DNA of 46,214 nucleotides from a virus (lineage: Duplodnaviria > Caudoviricetes): positions 1-46,214 of IMG/VR virus record IMGVR_UViG_3300033417_000015; one strand, given 5' to 3'. Shown here piece after piece: positions 42,750-46,214 of this stretch. A model generated the notes under the pieces. It did not search any database, was not told where the DNA came from, and saw only the letters and a list, made by a program, of their open reading frames with translations. Positions within the stretch are counted from its first letter, which is position 1, and every line of letters starts with the position of its first letter. A program made the translations under genes and the position numbers.

Positions 42750-42858
42750 CACAAAGAGCCGCAAGCGTGTACAAGACGCTCCGGCTCACGGTTTCAACTC
42801 TCTCTATCAGGAAAGGTTTCAACATGAACATTTTAACCGCACCACGCACCGCCGTCAA
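42750..42858 (-). ncRNA. Putative cis-antisense RNA unit over the RBS of the gene at 42824
   Basis: Minus-strand TTGACG(42858-42853)-17-TAAAAT(42835-42830); hairpin 42756-42787 followed by TTTGTGTT. Confidence 0.6.
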
Positions 42859-43039
42859 GCCCGCACCTGATTCGTCCGTCGCGGCCTGGGAATCATTTCG
42901 CCTCGGTCAAGATTTCTTCACCGCCCGCGAGCCGATGAGCGCATGTCGCAACGCCGAACAGCGACGCGGCTACATGGCCGCACTAAGCGCGGCATCTGGC
43001 ACCGACACCGACATTTACTTGCGTGGAGGCCAGCGATGA
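42824..43039 (+). CDS. Hypothetical early protein (MNILTAPR...)
   Basis: GAAAGG SD; first gene after the promoter. Confidence 0.75.
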   Translation: MNILTAPRTAVKPAPDSSVAAWESFRLGQDFFTAREPMSACRNAEQRRGYMAALSAASGTDTDIYLRGGQR

Positions 43040-43230
43040 TTAGCCAAAATCAGCTTGAGTTGCTTGCCAAAAAAGCAGGCTACGCAGAACCACGCGACTA
43101 CGCTTGCGACCACGATTTGAGTCGTTGTGAAACCTGTCGCAAATGGGGCACGTTCGGCGAGGAAGTTTACAGCGACGGCGTTGACTACTACTGCGACGAC
43201 CATCGACCCGAAGGCGAGGTGGTGCGATGA
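43036..43230 (+). CDS. Small zinc-finger-like protein
   Basis: GGAGG SD; CETC...CDDH; coupled. Confidence 0.7.
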   Translation: MISQNQLELLAKKAGYAEPRDYACDHDLSRCETCRKWGTFGEEVYSDGVDYYCDDHRPEGEVVR

Positions 43231-43469
43231 CCACCACCTATAACAACAAGGCACAGGCCACCCGCGCACGTCGCCAAGCCGCTGGCCGCTACAATCGGCC
43301 CAGCGCGGCACAGCAAGCCGCCTATGGCCGCCTCGTCGCCCGCGACGGCTGGAAGAACGTCACCGTCGAGGACGCCCGCGAGCTGGCGACGACGCAACTG
43401 CTCGCCGCATCACAGCGCGAACATTTTGCGAACATTGTCGCCCAGGCAGACAGCGCGGTGGCAGCATGA
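43227..43469 (+). CDS. Hypothetical protein
   Basis: ATGA-coupled ORF. Confidence 0.75.
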   Translation: MTTTYNNKAQATRARRQAAGRYNRPSAAQQAAYGRLVARDGWKNVTVEDARELATTQLLAASQREHFANIVAQADSAVAA

Positions 43470-43678
43470 CCACCCCTACCACCACCACCCGCCGCCAGTC
43501 CGAACCCTTGACTGATGCCCAGAAAGTCGCAATTGATGCGTTCATCGCAAACTCGACTCCGGCTCAAGTCCAGCAAAGCACTGACAGCCTAGATCGGATT
43601 ATTGAGCGCATGGAACGCCTTAATCGTCGCTTTGCCGAAGATATTGAGCGAGCGCAACGCTGCTTGGAGGCCATATGA
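43466..43678 (+). CDS. Hypothetical protein
   Basis: ATGA-coupled ORF. Confidence 0.75.
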   Translation: MTTPTTTTRRQSEPLTDAQKVAIDAFIANSTPAQVQQSTDSLDRIIERMERLNRRFAEDIERAQRCLEAI

Positions 43679-43971
43679 CCACCACCGTGTCTGCCATGCT
43701 CGCCCGTCTCAACCAGGCCACCGAGCGCACCTACGCTATCGTAGAGGACGGCTGCCAGTATCGGCTGCTGATGCCCACCGGCGGCTCCTATGATGCCCAG
43801 CCAGCACAGGCACTTGCCGAGCGGATGCTACGCATCACCCTGGCCGCCGAAGGCCGAATGGCACTCCCGCCCCGCAACGGCACGCTGCAGCGAACGATTG
43901 ATTTCGGTGCCGAGCTTTCCGAATATCAGGATTGGCTTGAGGACGAAGAATGGATTAGGAGGGGTTGCTAA
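43675..43971 (+). CDS. Hypothetical protein
   Basis: GGAGG SD; ATGA-coupled. Confidence 0.75.
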   Translation: MTTTVSAMLARLNQATERTYAIVEDGCQYRLLMPTGGSYDAQPAQALAERMLRITLAAEGRMALPPRNGTLQRTIDFGAELSEYQDWLEDEEWIRRGC

Positions 43972-43972
43972 A

Positions 43973-44386
43973 ATGAGCGATACAAAATGGTGTCCAGGGT
44001 GCCGAGAATTTTTGCCCGTAACGGCATTTCAGAAATGTGCGCGTGATGGCTATCAAGCTCGTTGTCGGCAATGCCGACTCGATAACCAGCGCGCAAATCG
44101 AGAAGGGCACAAAGCGCGAGATAGGCGTTGGCGTGAGGCGAATCCCGAAAGAACCAGGGAGCGCACGCGGCGGTATCGTGAGGCACACAATGAAAAGCGA
44201 GTGGCTCACTGGAAGGTGGGAGAAGCTGTTCAGCGCGGCGAGCTGCAACCTATCCATGAGCGCGTGTGTGTTCGCTGTGGAGTTCAGGCCGAACACTACC
44301 ATCACGATTCATACGATAGGCCCTTAGACGTAACGCCTGTATGCAGTAGATGTCATAACTTGATTCACCTGGAGCTAAAATCATGA
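43973..44386 (+). CDS. HNH-type endonuclease with N-terminal zinc finger
   Basis: CPGC...CRQC; CVRC...HYHHDSYDRPLDVTPVCSRCH; AGGAGG SD. Confidence 0.85.
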   Translation: MSDTKWCPGCREFLPVTAFQKCARDGYQARCRQCRLDNQRANREGHKARDRRWREANPERTRERTRRYREAHNEKRVAHWKVGEAVQRGELQPIHERVCVRCGVQAEHYHHDSYDRPLDVTPVCSRCHNLIHLELKS

Positions 44387-45216
44387 CCAATACACTGATT
44401 GCCAAAATTGCCGCCGCCTCCATCGCGGTTGGCTCGCTTGCCACCGATAAAGTAAACGCCTCACAGAACTACAAGTACATCAGCGCCGATAAGATTCTGG
44501 AACGCGCCGGGGATGCCCTGGCGCAAGCGGGCGTGATGGTCATTCCGTCCATCACCTTTGAGGAAACCGTACAGGTCGATTACACCGACAATTATGGCAA
44601 GGCCAAAAGCCGCTTTGACGCGACAGTCCACTTTGCGATGGTGTTGGCAGATGGCGAGAGCCAGTTGGAAGTCCCCTGGCGCGGGCGCGGCAATGATTAC
44701 GCCGTTCCCGACAAGGCGCTTTACAAAGCCATCACGTCGGGTCACAAGTATTTTTTGATGAAGCTACTCAATATCGGCGTAGGGAATGAGGATGGGGAGC
44801 ATGATGAAGTCCAGGAGTCGCGCACAGCCGCCCCGCGCACACAATCTAGCACGCGCGCGCCGCAAAACGCCACAGCGAGACAGAAAACGGGGTCAGACGA
44901 CGCTCACGACGCGCTGTGGGAGCCGGAACACTACGACGCACCCGCCGATGCCGGCAGCAAAGACAAAGTTTTGAGCAAGACGCAGTTGCAACGCATCAAC
45001 GCGTTAGGCAGGAAGCTGCACCCGGAAGGCGAGTGGGACACTGAGCGCCCGCGTTACGTCGAATGGGTGACGAAGGGCGCGGTCAGCAGCTCCAAGCAGT
45101 TGCAACCCAGCGAAGCCGATACGCTGATTGCTGGGCTTGAGCGTAAATTAGCCAAGCTCGCCGCCAACGTCCAAACCACGCACGCGACCAACGGCAAAGC
45201 TCCGGTGGCAGCATGA
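44383..45216 (+). CDS. erf: ERF-family single-strand annealing recombinase
   Basis: NYKYISADKIL...GRGND...DKALYKAITSGHKYFLMKLLNI...EDGE. Confidence 0.88.
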   Translation: MTNTLIAKIAAASIAVGSLATDKVNASQNYKYISADKILERAGDALAQAGVMVIPSITFEETVQVDYTDNYGKAKSRFDATVHFAMVLADGESQLEVPWRGRGNDYAVPDKALYKAITSGHKYFLMKLLNIGVGNEDGEHDEVQESRTAAPRTQSSTRAPQNATARQKTGSDDAHDALWEPEHYDAPADAGSKDKVLSKTQLQRINALGRKLHPEGEWDTERPRYVEWVTKGAVSSSKQLQPSEADTLIAGLERKLAKLAANVQTTHATNGKAPVAA

Positions 45217-45319
45217 ACTGCACCGCTTGCGGGGAGCGCGCACGCGCACAACGTCAACAGGAACAGGGCAACTAGCCACCACACACCCGCGGCACAGCGG
45301 GCAGAAATGAGGATGCACG

Positions 45320-45670
45320 ATGAAAGCTGAAACAAGGGAGATGGTGCTAGAGGCATTGGACATGATGCTTGGCTTGGCCGAGAGCGACAAATGGCGAATG
45401 GCGCGCCCAGCGCGGCGCGAGGCATATCCAGAAGAATACGACTTTGCCGCGGCAGAGGTCGAACTAATCAAGGCCGCGATTGCCGATCTGCGCGCCGAGC
45501 CGACGCTGGAGGTTGTGCCGGATGGCGAATATATCGCACCTGGGTATAACTACCCAATCACACTGGACACAAAGCATTGCTCAATCACTGTGCCGGGAGA
45601 CAGGATAAACTATCACCCAGACTGGCGCATCATGCGCCGCGTTGACGATAACACAGGAGCCGACCTATGA
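45320..45670 (+). CDS. Hypothetical protein (first array cassette)
   Basis: GAGG SD; ends GADL* inside the junction motif at 45655. Confidence 0.8.
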   Translation: MKAETREMVLEALDMMLGLAESDKWRMARPARREAYPEEYDFAAAEVELIKAAIADLRAEPTLEVVPDGEYIAPGYNYPITLDTKHCSITVPGDRINYHPDWRIMRRVDDNTGADL

Positions 45671-45918
45671 GCAAGCCACGACAGATGCAGCCCAAGCCGC
45701 GGCGACCCGCACTCACAGCGGAGGACATCAAGGTTGGCAAGACCTATCGGGGCAAGCATCCGGCGACGATTCGGGGGCAGGTGAACGACCGCCGCGTGCT
45801 TCACGTCTCGACGTTTGGGGGCGTGCAATATGACTCATCATCCGTGGCTGACGGTCGTCAATTTCCATCTGCACCGATGGAAACATTCCTGAAATGGGCA
45901 TCCCATGAGGTTTTCTAG
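45667..45918 (+). CDS. Hypothetical protein (array cassette)
   Basis: ATG in the junction; IKVGKTYRGK motif. Confidence 0.8.
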   Translation: MSKPRQMQPKPRRPALTAEDIKVGKTYRGKHPATIRGQVNDRRVLHVSTFGGVQYDSSSVADGRQFPSAPMETFLKWASHEVF

Positions 45919-45939
45919 GACGCGAGAAGGCGGTGCATC

Positions 45940-46214
45940 ATGAGTGACGAACAACTCAAATCGCAACATCTCTGGAAGGCAATCGAAAAAAGCGGTGGAC
46001 AATGGCTTGGCAAAGCACTCCTAGATGACATCAGGCGTTTGCAAGCCGAACGAAACCAGTGGCGCAATCGCACCCATAAATTTCAAACCGCTTTGTCGGG
46101 CGCGGGGAAAGACATCCTGCGACTTGAAGGCGAGGTCGAAGAGCAACGCTGTACTATCGAAATCCTTGCGAATGGCTTGGGGCCAGGGTACAGCGGCTGG
46201 AAACGTTGCGCGCT
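45940..46214 (+). CDS. 5' part of a hypothetical protein (MSDEQLKSQHLW...), runs off the window end
   Basis: Open frame to the end; first 29 nt match the start of the gene at 167 at 28 positions. Confidence 0.75.
   Translation, partial: MSDEQLKSQHLWKAIEKSGGQWLGKALLDDIRRLQAERNQWRNRTHKFQTALSGAGKDILRLEGEVEEQRCTIEILANGLGPGYSGWKRCA

Larger units (their letters stand above)
1..46214. mobile_element. Tailed bacteriophage genome (siphovirus-like), probably complete and circularly permuted
   Basis: Terminase, portal, protease, capsid, neck, tail tube, chaperone and tape measure in canonical order, plus lysis, replication and recombination modules. No host housekeeping genes. The same junction-repeat gene array is present at both ends. 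Confidence 0.93.

Noticed and set aside
45213-45275. Tiny coupled ORF MNCTACGERARAQRQQEQGN after erf
   Set aside because: Only 20 codons with a single CxxC; may be a remnant, but there is too little support to call.
1-46214. Integrase, attP, tRNA genes or terminal direct repeats
   Set aside because: No tyrosine or serine recombinase motifs, cloverleafs or end-to-end repeat were recognised by eye; an HMM and tRNAscan run is needed to be certain.

Overview
The window looks like a complete or nearly complete ~46 kb, GC-rich tailed-phage genome with siphovirus-like gene order. It is probably circularly permuted, because an array of small genes runs off the right end and resumes at position 1. 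Host is inferred to be Chloroflexota, from lysin domain style and xLPxx motifs. Minus strand 3.9-31.7 kb holds the lysis genes, ParB-methyltransferase, terminase, portal, protease, capsid, neck and tail genes, ending in a secreted subtilisin. A sulfotransferase and a glycosyltransferase sit inside the neck/tail genes. Minus strand 31.8-41.0 kb holds a Cro-like HTH, a replication initiator with iterons, a helicase loader, a HAD protein, a methyltransferase, a minimal PolX and two paralogous HNH genes. Plus strand 41.1-46.2 kb and 1-3.9 kb holds a Dam-like methyltransferase with a PD-(D/E)XK nuclease, an ERF recombinase and many small early genes. No integrase, tRNA or CRISPR array was recognised. 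Most notable: (1) a 339-bp protein-free IS200/IS605-type element (468-806) with IS608-like ends and an apparent TnpB omega-RNA scaffold whose guide would match the element-free allele; (2) unrelated small ORFs joined by a conserved 21-nt RBS/stop/start junction downstream of ERF; (3) a repeated intergenic H-type pseudoknot with compensatory base changes; (4) a recurring promoter/hairpin/antisense-promoter leader on HNH and early genes; (5) possible virion glycosylation and sulfation enzymes. All calls come from reading the sequence; no database searches were run.
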